The notes under the pieces are model-generated. The model was not told where the DNA came from. It searched no databases and saw only the letters and a program-made list of their open reading frames with translations. The position numbers and the translations under genes were made by a program. From Curvularia clavata (Eukaryota), in the NCBI GenBank assembly GCA_023920165.1, contig CP089275.1:3286001-3350000 (forward strand): a stretch of 64,000 nt of DNA, in the 5' to 3' direction. Positions 1-12,961 of the stretch are shown here, one piece after another. Within the stretch, counting starts at the first letter, position 1, and each line of letters starts with the position of its first letter.

Positions 1-1094
1 AAAGTGGAGGGGGCACATGAGAGACGGTAGTACGGCGTCTTCGCCCGTTTTGGAATGTGGGGACTGAAGGGAGACCATGGCCATAGCCATGCTGAGCACC
101 AGTGATGGAGAGGAGGTTTGCAGTGGCATGCATTGCAGGCCGTGTAGCCGGTGTCCAGTATGCTATTAATTGTTAGCAATGTCCTTGTCAAAAAGGTAGA
201 AAAGCTTACTGCCTGGTGTTCCTCCGTGTGATCGCGTCTGATCTGAGACCGGTGACATGATCATCTGGTCAGATATATCCGAAACCCCGCTCGGCCTCCT
301 TCGTCGGTCCATATCAGCAGGGGAGTCAAATGCCAACGAGTCGCCCCTTCCAGGAGCAGAGTTGGGCGAACCACGCTGAGATTGGCTCTCTTCTAGTTCT
401 TCGAGCGACTGCTTCTCCCAGCCGTTCTGGACCTTGACCATGGCGTAGGAAAGACGCGTCTTGAGCTGGGCAGATAGCTGCAAAGGCATCAGCATTCAGT
501 CACACGGACATGGATCCAGACGACAAACCTCTCCAATGCGAGTACCAGAGTGTGTGTCCATGCTCTTATTTCTCTTGTGGGCCGCCATGGGTCTGTAGGA
601 AGCAGGGGCTTCCAATACCACGCCGGCAGTTTTCAAAGATCCGTCTGCGGTTCTCTTGGAGCCTTGGGTTGCTGGAGACTCGAGGGATTTGGGGCTCGCT
701 GCGGTGTCACCGGATGGCGACTCTTTGACGGGTGCGGTGTCGATGCGCGGTGCCGCTCGCGCGTCTACGCCAGACGTCTTGGCCGGCTGTTCAAGCATTG
801 GCGTTGGTGCGACGGCAGATTTGCCCTGGCTCTCTACATGGGTCGAGGAAGGGGCAGTGCTTTCGGTCTCTGTTGTTGTCGAAGTAGAGAGAGTACTCGA
901 AGAAGAGGCCAAGGCGGGAGCGGAAAAGGTACTGGACACGGCCGAGTGATTTGAATCCTGCGAAGCCCGGAAGTCTGGGTTTTCCGGACTAGCAATGGAT
1001 GCTGGAATAGCAGCGTCAGGGGCTTCTGATTGCGCAATGGACATGTGAGTACCACGGTAAGAGCTCGGCTTGGGAAACGCGACTTACGCATCAT
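1..1094 (-). CDS. Whi5/Nrm1-family G1/S transcriptional repressor (3' end runs off window)
   Basis: ATG ATG C|GTAAGT intron (1087-1026) joins in frame to the Ser/Thr-rich ORF. Next exon carries LSAQLKTRLSYAMVKVQNGWEKQSLEELE, the Whi5-like motif. Confidence 0.8.
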
Positions 1095-1538
1095 GGACGG
1101 ACGTGGCGGCGGGGTAGGAGACAGAAGCAGCAGCTAGTGGTTAAAACAGGCGTCGGGAACAGGCTCCAGAAACACAATTTGGACACGGCAATATTGATGG
1201 GAGCAAACAGGTAACAAGGCAAGGATATCCAGGGCGGCAATGGGCGTCGTCTGGCGAGGGAGCGATGGTCGGAGACGTGTCGCTGTGGGTGCGCTCTACG
1301 CGAAATAGCAGCGGGTAGAAACGCGAACGGGCGGGCTTAGTTCCCCGTTGGGAAGCGGCAGAGACAGCAGGCGAGGACGCGAGGAATAGTCGGCGACAGG
1401 GCAAGGGGGCGGAGATGGGCTGCAAGGCTTCACAGTCGCGTCCGGGTCTTGTATGAGGGCAGAATCGGGGGGGTTATCTTGGGCGTCGAGTGACTGAGGG
1501 CATTTGTGAGCCGCGCGGTCATGTGCTCTCCGACGCGT
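1077..1538. promoter_or_regulatory. Cluster of MCB/SCB-like (WCGCGW) elements at the 5' end of the Whi5/Nrm1-like gene
   Basis: ACGCGA 1077, ACGCGAAA 1298, ACGCGA 1321, ACGCGA 1377, TCGCGT 1436, ACGCGT 1533. Confidence 0.5.
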
Positions 1539-1939
1539 GCGCTTTAGTGGGTGGCGATCACGCCAACATGCACCATTCCAATAGTGGGCGGTAAGAGCGC
1601 CTGCATGCCTCCAATCTGCAGCCGAACGGCTGGTCTAAGCAGAGTTTTCGAGGTAAGCCTGCCATCGAAACCTGTCCGCCCATCGGATGCCTATGATTGT
1701 GTCTGTTGGGCTACCCCACTACCTGCTAATATTAGCTCTCGTTGCTTTCGAGTAACTGCACGAGAGAGGAGAACACATGTCAACGGGAACAAATGGCCAA
1801 AACGAAATTTCGGTTTGCAATCTGGGGAAGATAGTCGAGACTCTAATTACATGGCATTGTGACTAAAAAATGCTTCAACACCACCAGAAGTGACATGGGC
1901 CAAAAGCAATGAATTGAATATACGATTCAGCGCCAACCT

Positions 1940-4022
1940 CTATACGCTGCTGCTGCTGCTGCTGTTGTAGTAGTCCCACTTGGGGAGCTTCATGGTTCCC
2001 TTCTCGTTCAAGTGCCTGTGCATATCGAAGCTGTTCCACAGCAGATGAGGCTCATGGCCCCAGCCCTTCCTCAGGCACTCGAATTCGGCCTTGTTGAAGT
2101 AGTCTTCCAGAATAGGAACGTAGTCGGGGTGGGCGCACTTCTTGATGATGACACGGGCTCGCTCCTTGGGCGAGAGACCCCGCACATCAGCCAGACCCTG
2201 TTCGGTGACAATGACGTCGAGATCATGCTCCGTCTGGTCAATGTGAGTGCACATGGGCACAATGCAAGAAACACCAGTCGGGTCCGTCTTGGACGGGCGA
2301 GTGGACGGCGTATGCATGATGGAATACTTGGCGGAACGGAGGAAATCGGCAGATCCTCCAAGACCGTTAAGCATTCGGCTGCCCATAACGCATGTAGAAT
2401 TGGCGTGTGCATAGATGTCAACTTCTACAGGAGTGTTCATACCGATCACGCCCAGACGTCGGATAATCTCGGGGCTGTTGGACACTTGCTGCGAACGGAG
2501 CAAAAGCTTGTGCGCGTACTGGTCCCAGCCCTTGTAGAAGCGGTCGAAACCAGTGGGTGAAAAACGAATCGAAGTAGCGGTTGCAAAGTCCAGGTTGCCA
2601 GAGTCAAAGAGGTCCAGGAAAGAGTCTTGGAGAACCTCGGTCCAGACTTTGAGGTTCTTGAAGTTTGCACCCCCAGACTAGGACTGTCAGAATATGAACT
2701 GCCAAAGAGACAATGCAGCAACAACTTACAGCAAGACCACCAACGACAGCATTGGCGATATTTCCAATGCCAGACTGAAGGGGCAACAGATTGTCTGGCA
2801 GGCGGCCGTGCTTGACCTCATGCTTCAAAAACTCAATCAGGTTCGCAGCAATGGCCCTCGAGGTGTCATCCTCCGCGGCATTGGGCTGTGTCTGATCAGG
2901 ATAATCGCTCTCCACAATGGCAACTACCTTCTCAGGGTCGACAGGGATGTGAGGTGTGCCGATGCGGTCCTCTGGAGACATGATGAGGTATGGCTTGCGG
3001 CGTGGTGGGAGGTCAGTCTCATATTTTGTCAGCAAACCCATCTCACATACGACATCCCTTAATAAAACTAACCATGGTAATATCGTGGAGACCTTCAAAT
3101 GAAGGAGCAGCAGTATTGACTTCAATGATAATCTTGTCGGCCATTTGAACAAGTTCGGGCGAGGCACCAACACTGGCACCAGGAATAATACCACCATCCT
3201 CAGTAATTGCAGATGCTTCGACAATGGTAACATCCAACTTGTTGTGAGGCTTGTTTAATGTGTAGAAACTTGTTTAATTAGTATTGACCATTTTTCAGTG
3301 CGCTTGGAGTCGTTTACTTACCCATACATCAAATCGACCGGAAACATACTCAAGTGCTTGTCAAAGAATTTGATATTGCCGTTGTTAATACCTTTGGCGA
3401 TTTCCTTGCCGACCTGATGAGGCGACCGGCGCTCAATCATGTTTAGTCGTGCCCATCGGTTCTCTGTCTCAGCGCCTGAGGAGGCACCGACGAAGAGATT
3501 GTACTTCAGCTGACCCTGGAGATTGTTCTTCTCGACATGGTCTGCTAGCGCGGTGGGAATTTTCCTGTCGTCATATTAGTCTAACAGAATGGGAAAAGCT
3601 AAAAACGAGGCACAGGTCCAAAACAGCATGTCTCTTGCAGTCTATAGCCAAGACTGATTTCTTGGGGCGTTCTGTCCTGATTTGATCCATGCACAAGTCG
3701 AATTGTGGAGTCGGGGATAATTCGGCTTTCGTCACTTGCCAAACTTCCGTTCCCCCTCGGAACCACGGGTACTCGTCTGGCAACCTCGAAACATCATACG
3801 CAATCCAATCGTATATTCCAGAGACTTTAGAGGATCCCATCGTATGATCTTCTGTGCAACCAAAGAAAAAAACACTCACTTTGGATATCCCACACCAGTG
3901 AAGCCACTCCAACCAATGTACGCTCCATTGGGGAAGTAGTGAAGCAGATCTTCAGCTTTGGCGAGTTTCTTGAGGTAACTCGGCCTCCGAACTCGACTCT
4001 TTAATGCTGCTGAGACAGACAT
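1940..4022 (-). CDS. ACH1: Acetyl-CoA hydrolase / succinyl-CoA:acetate CoA-transferase (4 introns)
   Basis: [77 protein letters not shown] motifs. Exons join in frame across GT-AG introns. Confidence 0.95.
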
Positions 4023-4722
4023 GCTGGACGTTGTGTTTCTCCAATTGTGATATGGTGGTCCTGGAAGAGTATGCTTATCGATAAAGCAAGCTCTGAGAGC
4101 TGTTTGAGAAGTGAACAGCCCAACGGAAGCGATGGGATAGAAGAGGAGAGAGTGGAGAGGGGCCGCGACGGGCAAGTTTGTCACATCAAAGGCTTTGGGG
4201 GACTTTGGAGAATTTAAGTCAAGGAGACGCCAAGACTAACTCGATTTGAGCACCATTGGCGTGTAGAGTCGCTGTGGGCTGATGCACATCCTGACCCACA
4301 CAAGCATGACGTCTGCCAAAAACCCCGGCCCGGGGGGAAGGGAGCTGGAAGCACACACACACCCTTAGTGCTGGAGGACTACTTTCTTTTTTTTGGTGTG
4401 TAACTTTGCTGAATTGGGCCAAGTGCAGCGGGTAGTAATGCTCTTGGAGGATTGCAATGGTATTTGTGAATACGCATGGCTTGTAGTCTTGGAACTCGGC
4501 GTCCTCATAGGCTGCATATACTTCCGTTCCTAACAAGACGCAGCAAGCACAGCAAGTAGAAAACAACTCAGGTACCGGACCTGTTCCGAATAAATATGTT
4601 GTACTGGAAAAGCAACACAGCGAGCCTGCGCTTCCATCCGCAAAGCAAACCGGACTAATGCGCTTAATCAGTTTTACTCAAATAGATTGATTAATGATAT
4701 GTTGATTGAACTACCATGTATT

Positions 4723-5706
4723 CTACAACTCCATCATTTCCTGTACATCTTGAACCAAACCACCCCGTTTCGATCCTTCCGGGGAAAAGTAAGTCTCAAA
4801 GACATCTGTCAACACCTTGTCGCCCAAGTCCATATGTCCGCCCTTGGTGGACTTGAAATGTAGACCGCCCTTTTCATCCAGCTTCTTCAGACCAATCCAA
4901 TCTTCCTTATAGATATCTCGATCCCTCAGATCCGTCACCTCGTTGCTGGTAAGGTTGGTGTACGCAAACCAGCCGCTCTCTTTGGGTATAACGGTAGTGT
5001 CATCCTCAAACACATACATGACAAAGTTGTCCAGGGCAGCAAGATGTTTTGCGTATGTGACGTTCTTCAGCGCTCGCTCGTTGTTGATGTCGGCAAGGAA
5101 ATTGGACGCCTCAAGGTATTCGTCGGTGGGCTCGCCAGTGGTTTCGTTGGTGGTTTTGAAATACTGTGCCGGAACAAGATGTCCTTGGACCCAGTGACCC
5201 CATGTGTTTGCTTTCAGTAGCCCAATATAGCCTTTGCATACCCAATCTCCATCTTTGCAGAGCTGGTACTTTGCGATGCCATTGTGCTGGCTTCCAAAGG
5301 TCACCAGGTTCCTGATGTTGATGCGGTCGCCACACCTTTCTACCAAGCCTCGAAGAAACTGTCCACCTTGTGAGAAGCCCAAAGCGTTGAGGCCTGGTGC
5401 TTGCGACAGGATCTCATGTTCTGAGATGTCGTCGCAGACTTGGGCAATCTGCTCAGTCACATTACCCAAAAACGTTGCGGTTCGATCGCTTCCGGCATCT
5501 TCGTCAAGTCGAATGTAATACACATAAGTGCCTGGGTTGATCTCATTCGCGAGTTCGCCGACGCTGTGCAGACCGTCTGCGGCATAGTTGTCGCCCAGGC
5601 CATGCCAGATGAGTAGTGGCAAAGGCTTGGATTCGCTTATTGCGAGAGGTGACGCCAAAGCTTGCGTCACCAAGAGGAGGATCGGAACAGGAAGTAAGCG
5701 TGGCAT
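4723..5706 (-). CDS. PPT1: Palmitoyl-protein thioesterase 1 (secreted/vacuolar)
   Basis: Signal peptide, IWHGLGD, GFSQGG nucleophile elbow, PAQYF, FLADINNE, GGHM. Single exon, 327 aa. Confidence 0.9.
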   Translation of the reverse strand: MPRLLPVPILLLVTQALASPLAISESKPLPLLIWHGLGDNYAADGLHSVGELANEINPGTYVYYIRLDEDAGSDRTATFLGNVTEQIAQVCDDISEHEILSQAPGLNALGFSQGGQFLRGLVERCGDRINIRNLVTFGSQHNGIAKYQLCKDGDWVCKGYIGLLKANTWGHWVQGHLVPAQYFKTTNETTGEPTDEYLEASNFLADINNERALKNVTYAKHLAALDNFVMYVFEDDTTVIPKESGWFAYTNLTSNEVTDLRDRDIYKEDWIGLKKLDEKGGLHFKSTKGGHMDLGDKVLTDVFETYFSPEGSKRGGLVQDVQEMMEL

Positions 5707-6058
5707 CGGAATGTTCCTGAAAAGGTTGTGGTGGTTCTAGAGTTGAGACGCGCGACTTGGAAATGCAAGAGGAATGCGACGATCCAAGACGCGTTGCATG
5801 ACGTTAGCATCGAACCGAGGCAAGTGCAACCGAACATGGCCAAAGCGTCCTGTCAATTGATGACCCAAAAACAGTATGGTATTTGATATCGTAGACATAG
5901 TAGGACTGCGTATTGAGAAGCGATACCGGGCACAATAACAGGGCTGTAATTGCTGCATGTCCGTCTGTGGTATACGACTACACATAAAAACACATCTTTT
6001 GAACGCCCAAACGCCAACACCAGATGCGCCGTGCCATGCATGCATGTCTGTAAACGAC

Positions 6059-7292
6059 CTAGTTGGCAATCAAAGGCGTCTGTACTGACTTGAGTACGTC
6101 CTGCTTCATCGCTTTCCTCTTCTCCTTGCTAATTGAGCCCTTCTTTTCAGTCTTCTTCGCTTTCTTCGCCTCCCTCTTTGCCTGCTTCTCTGCAAGAACC
6201 TCTTCGTCCAGCAGCTCCTCTTCCCATTCATCCCACTTTCGCTTGCGCTCCGCAGACTTGCCCTTGGGTGTGCCTTCTGTAATTGCGCCTTGGTATGGTC
6301 CATCGCGTACTTGGCTGTCCTCTACCCACAGCTCTTCAGCGAGCCAGATGGGTAGCGCCTTGGTCGCTGGACCCTTGACATGAAGACTTCGGACATTCCG
6401 CCAACCCTGACCGACGTGCTTGTTCACCACGTCGTTGACTACGGCAGTGGTGTTCTCAACAACTTGCTGTGGGGTCATTGAGAGGTTGGCAACCTTTATC
6501 GACGTGTTCGCCGATGGGCTCATGCTGAGGTATGTCGAGCTCAAAGCGGATTCAATCTCCTTTGCTACGCCCTGTGGTGTTCCCACCACATTCTGTGGTT
6601 CCTTGGCGTCCTTCTTTGCGCTCTTGTCGATGTGTGCACCCGCGGTCAGGCGGATGGGAATCGGGCGCTTGGACTTGCTCTTGTAGAAAACCTTGCCTAA
6701 AAATTCTGCGACAATCTTGATAACGCGATCGTCAACCATAAAGACATCGTACTCTGCAAGCAGCGCGCGCTTTTGTTCGAATGCTTTGTATCGCTTCTTG
6801 AGCTTTTCTACGCCGAGCACGCGCTGCACCTTTGTGCGGAGCGCGGCAGGGAAGGCATCGGATGCCACGAGGTCCTTGTATGCTCTCTGTGGGTCCTTTG
6901 TAAAAATGCATATCCGAACATCGTCAGCAATGATGGGGTGAGGAAGCTTGCTGTAGCTTGTCAGTGATACACTTCATTCCACATGATATGCGACCATACA
7001 TAGCGACGGGCTTCATGCTCTTAGTGTTGGAGATCTGTTTCTTTGTCGAAAGGCTGAGAAAGATGGGCTCTTCGACCTCCTCTGGCTCATCCTCATCAGC
7101 AGCCAGACTCTTCTTTGGCGCCTTCTCCTGCTTCTCCTCGGCATGCTTCTTCATATGCGCAACGAGCGCCTTGGCGGCGCGCTCGACTTGCGACGGGTCG
7201 AGCTGGTAAGGGGTGCCATTCGAGGGTTTGGTAGTGAGAGGCGCTTCGTTTGCCTTATTGGCCTTAGTGGTTACAGCCTTTGATTTCGCCAT
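6059..7292 (-). CDS. Ribosomal protein L1-domain ribosome biogenesis factor (Cic1/Utp30/RSL1D1 family), 1 intron
   Basis: LDPSQVERAAKAL, intron AT|GTATGG..CAG|C giving IKLPHP, LLAEYDVFMVDDR, WRNVRSLHVK..ALPIW, Lys-rich tail. Confidence 0.85.
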
Positions 7293-8769
7293 CGTTGATG
7301 TTGTATGGTGGTCTGTTGTCGTCGCTGGAAATTCTGGCTAGACCCTTGCTCGAACTTTTTGTCCGGAACAAGTGTTTCTCCGAAGCCCCGATGCATTCGC
7401 GGGGCGGGTTGTCTCCTTTGGGAACATCTATAGTTTTTATAGCCAATCATCGCGTCGCAAGCTCTCAAGACACACGACAGGTTATTCATCCTTGCAACTT
7501 TGCCAACCAGCCTGTATCAATGGCAGTTTTTTCCTTTCCACATTGAGCCAGATGGTCAGCAGACTGGCGTCGGTGTTCGTTGGCTGGGTCTGTCCTGATC
7601 TTGGGTCTATGTCCGGCATCAAACAGTGCATACAAGAAACAACCGCCCCTCCAGGAACCGAATGATCCGCAAATTACTGGTCAAATTGGAGGATTGAGGC
7701 GTGCTTCTAGATTCTCTGCTGCGCTGCACAACGACACTTGTCTTCGTTGCTGAAGGATCGCTCTCGTCCGGTCTTGGTTCAGCCGAAACGTTGTCACCGT
7801 GCGCTCGCCTGGCCACCTTTTTCACACCGAACGCGTCTATACGCCCTGTCGCGTCTTTCAGCTCCACTTTGGGCACGGAAATGTTTGCAGTCGCGTTTAG
7901 CTGCATCGACCGCTGCGTCAGGATTTTCTTTTCACTTGTAAGACGATCATTTGCGTCTCTGGGTTGTGGATCTATTGATTGTTGGTGGCTGGCCGAGCTG
8001 CGATTTGGGATCTTGGGACAAACCCATAGCAGACGATAAAATGTCAATTGTCTGGTTGGATATAACCATAGTCTGCATATGGTGTACCTCAGTAAGCAGC
8101 ACCTGGATGCTGTCTTGGAAGCCATCGATTTGAATGGTGTCAGCCCAGTCGCGTGCCGGTTACCAATGATTGCGTATTAATGTGGAATGAGCTGCAACGT
8201 AGAGGGGCTGGCACGGCATACAGCAACTAGATAGAGCCGAGGGTGGAAACATGACATAAACCTTCGGGTCATGCTTGTACATGCATTTTCGTAGGCGCAG
8301 CCGTGTGCAGAGAGAGCAAGCTTTGCGATAGGCATTGGGAGAAGACGACCGATAGATACGATTACTTAAAGCATGCCGAGCGAGCACAAGACACGCACAC
8401 TGTAACAGAAGTCATTTAGAAGACGCAGGAGGCCTTGCAATGCCATGGGGAAGCCGTAGTGAGGTCCAATTCCGGTTGGCTCGTCACGGCAGACCACGGT
8501 CCGAGCTCTTTCACGCTACTCCAACCGCGACCGCGACGTCTTCAACGACCCGTGTCGTGACCGCGTAGCCTCGTCATCGAATGGCTTTTCTCTCTTCCTA
8601 ACCAACTTCTTTCTTTTTCTTCCTAGATACTCTCGAGGCCGTCTCTGCATCTTCCACGCCCGCCTCTGCAGCTCTCCGGCCCCTACGTCTTCCAGCAGTC
8701 ACGTCTATCCTAACCCCCATATCAATCTCGACACGCTGTGTCTCGCGTCCCAGGAGCTCAGTAGACGAT

Positions 8770-10399
8770 ATGGACGCCTCCCCGAGCAAAGTGTTGCAGC
8801 AGACTCTTGTGCAGTCTACTGAGCTACAGCCGGAGCGGGCGAGAAAGGCCACGCCCACACTTCTTCCGGCCTTCGGCGAAGATGGGCCCTTCTCCTCGTC
8901 ACCCTTCCCACACCCATCCCCTACAAAACGCAAGTTCGAAGAAGACTCGCCAACCTTCCCCAAGCAGCTGAAGTACTACCCGACTCCACAACCTACTTCA
9001 TCAACCAACATTATCTCCTCGTCGCCCCGCCATGCCCGGCCGGGCTTTGAACGCACCTTCTCCGCTCTGTCCGAGCGGACCCCTCTTGGCGCTGTACCCA
9101 CCGTAGACCTCCCAGCAGATGGCGAAATCCTGCGTATGGGCCGAAGCTCAAACACTTCGGACTACCAGCTCTCTACTAATCGCCTCATTTCACGTGTGCA
9201 CATCCAGGCCGCCTACCATGCGCCAAGCGCCCTCTACCCCCATGGTTACATCGAAGTCGAGTGTCTGGGTTGGAATGGAGCAAAGATTCACTGCAAGGGT
9301 CGTATCTTCGAGTTGAGCAAGGGAGACACATACGTGTCGGAGAACCCGGAGACAGCAATCATGTTGGACGTGCAGGATACCCGTGTCATGATTGCTTGGC
9401 CATCTGTTCCCGCGCCCAAGCTGTCGTGGGAGTCAGAAGAGGAGGGCATGCCTACTCCTACCCGTCGTCGCGCTCCCGAGAACTTTGACTCCAGTCCTCC
9501 TGTCGCTCCTCGTTCGCCTGTTTCTCAAAGCCCCATCCGACGCCCCAATTTTACCGGTCTCGTCGCTAATGCCCAACCTGGCCATGTCCAGGTATTTGAG
9601 GACGCCGACGCCGAAGAACGCAGCCCCAGTATCAAGACACCCAACTCGGCGGATCAGACATTTATTCGGCCCTCTCTGCCAAACCCAAAGTCTAGCCGTG
9701 ATGCAGACGCCACCGTCGACCCCAAAGCGAGTGTCAACTATGCTGCAGACGACTTCTCGGACAACGATGAAGAGAACGATCCTGTCGTACATTCTTTTGG
9801 CCCGTTCGGTCAGAACCTTCTTGGCGGCCTCGCATCCTTCAACACAGTGACTCCTACACAACCCAATAACCCACGTGTGCGTGCTCCCTTGGTATCTCCT
9901 TCCCCAAAGCGCCGCTGCGCAGAGCCCATCCGTTTCAAAGAGTCACCCATCAGGAACCATGTTATCAACCAATTGGCATTCTCTCGCATCCACTCTCAGC
10001 CTCTGTCTGCCATTCATAGTAACTTGCCTGCTGAGTTGAAGGCTTGCATTTCTAAGAGCACAGAAGACAAGGACACCGAGGCAGGTGGTGCCGTGACGCC
10101 CCTGCCTCAGCTTACCACCCAAGACCTCAAGAAGATTTTGGATGACACTCCCTGTGTTGGCGAGATTCCTCGTGCTGGCAAGGACGCTGCCGGTCAGCCC
10201 CTCGAAAATGAATTCTACTATGTTCCAGAGATGGACACCAATCAAATGAGGCGAGAGACCATTACTGCAGGTACCCGCAGCACCGGTCTGCGAGCTGTTC
10301 GCAAGACGCACAAGGTAATTTACAGTTCCACACAATATTGTCATTGAACAATTAGCTAACTCCTTCCAGCAATACTACTGGAAGAAGCCCCGTGCGTAA
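8770..10399 (+). CDS. TOS4: FHA-domain transcription factor Tos4/Plm2-like, short terminal exon QYYWKKPRA
   Basis: FHA motif MGRSS..ISRVH..GWNG. C-terminal GKDAAGQPLENEFYYVPE..GLRAVRKTHK|QYYWK after a GT-AG intron. Confidence 0.8.
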
Positions 10400-11574
10400 G
10401 GCGTTCTCCCCTTGAACTGCTTGTTGCTCTCCCGCCTACGGTCCAACTCCGATGGACTGTCTCCCCTTATACTGCTGCAGCACCGATCTTGTGACTATGG
10501 ATTCTCCTCCAACACAAATCCACACGCAGCCCCTACATATGTTTCTAAGTTCTATTCTTGTTTTATTACACTGCATAGCGAGGCGTTACGATACCATTTT
10601 ATACGCTTCTCCTTGACTTATTGGAGTCTCGAGGCATCTTTTCTTGTTCTTCTTGTCTTCCTTGCTTACATGCATCGTCCCCTCTCCACAATCACACAAT
10701 CATGTTGGTGGAATTACGGTGATATATGCTGGTTGTTCATCATCATACCTTTTTTTCCTCTTTTGTATTGTCCTTTTTTTTGTCATTGCGCTCGGTTCAA
10801 GGCTTACTACTTGGTGGGGGGACAGAGAGTGTAATATCTCTCTTACGACAAATTGCAACGTATGTCCTGTCGCTTACAGGATCAGACAGGCTATGATACG
10901 AAGGTGTTGGGACATGTTTGCGCAATGGCCTCGTTGATATCAGGGTAGTATGTGGTTTTTTTTTGGTGCTCTTTCGCTTTGGCTTTTCTTTTCCATGAGT
11001 ACCATCTGTTTTTTTTTTTTGCTTGCTTAAATGCTCCAGAAGTTTTTGCCATGTTCATTCAGTACCAGTATAGTCGGATTTTCGCTCGAGAATGGGAAAA
11101 AAGTTTCAATCAGTGCAACTCTCACTTGATGAAAATCCATGCTTTTTATTGTGTGACCTGAGTTCAAAATAAATGGCTGTTTTCTTAATCCACTCTCGTC
11201 TCGCAATGCTAAATTGCTCGCCAGCTATTTCGGTCACACCCAGCCCCTCTCTTACGCTGATTTTAGCCCCTCGGCAACGATATCATTGACCCGTCACTGA
11301 CGAGCAAGAATTCTGTCATATTCACGCAACTACGCCTCCCAGTATGTATGAATTGCACGCTACACTGTGAAATTTCGTCAATGACGTAATGCTTATACGA
11401 TGATGACACGTCATCACGTGACGTTAGCAGCATTCAGCCAATGCGCAAAGCATCACGACAGCCTCGAACAAGTGCAGAGGTAGCCTGAGGGTAGAAGAAT
11501 CGAAGCTGGTGGGTGTTTGAATTTAATCGATTCACTCTACATGCCCGGGTTCCCTTCATGAAAGTCTCAAATCA

Positions 11575-12340
<766 letters not shown>

Positions 12341-12961
12341 GTTTGCTGTGTTGCGGGATCTTGGTGTCGAAGTTCGTCGATTGATGGCGAGACGAAGCGG
12401 AAGACGAATTGGCAGTGTGGGCGTCCGAGCTTTGGCCTCTAACGTCTAAGCGACTAGCGCCGGCTTTGCCCCTCACGTGCGACGCCCTTCATCCTACCAC
12501 GTTGAACATCAGAGTCAGTACCATTGTCACTTTTAATTGTGAGGTGGACTTCCTGCAGAGTCTGTGGTTAAGGCTCTTCTGAAACAGCCGCAACCGTGAC
12601 CATCAATTGCATCTATCGCGGACATTTGTGGTCACAATAGAGCAAGCCCGCTAACAGCGAGTGACTATACGCAAACATCGTCAACCTTGATTTGAAAGAT
12701 CTGAATCGCCCTTGGTTTGATTATACGCGTCCTGTCGTTAGAGTTCGTCAGGCTTCTTGTGGATATCCGATCAACGTCGAAAAGCCACCAAGTCGGGCAC
12801 GGTATAACAAGCGTTTTTGTACTTATGATGATGACGAACTATTCAGAACAGAATGTTTTATTTGGTACCAGGATAGGGTTTTTGCACACATAGCTCGTCA
12901 TGATCCAGCTCACAGTGTTTCAATAACTTGGTAGGAACAAAACATGAGCCAAGCAGGTCCG

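Noticed and set aside
2012..2560. Long antisense ORFs over ACH1 (also 15232-15891, 18693-19265, 38612-39370, 39374-39952)
   Set aside because: These are mirror frames of codon-biased genes on the opposite strand, with no independent motifs.
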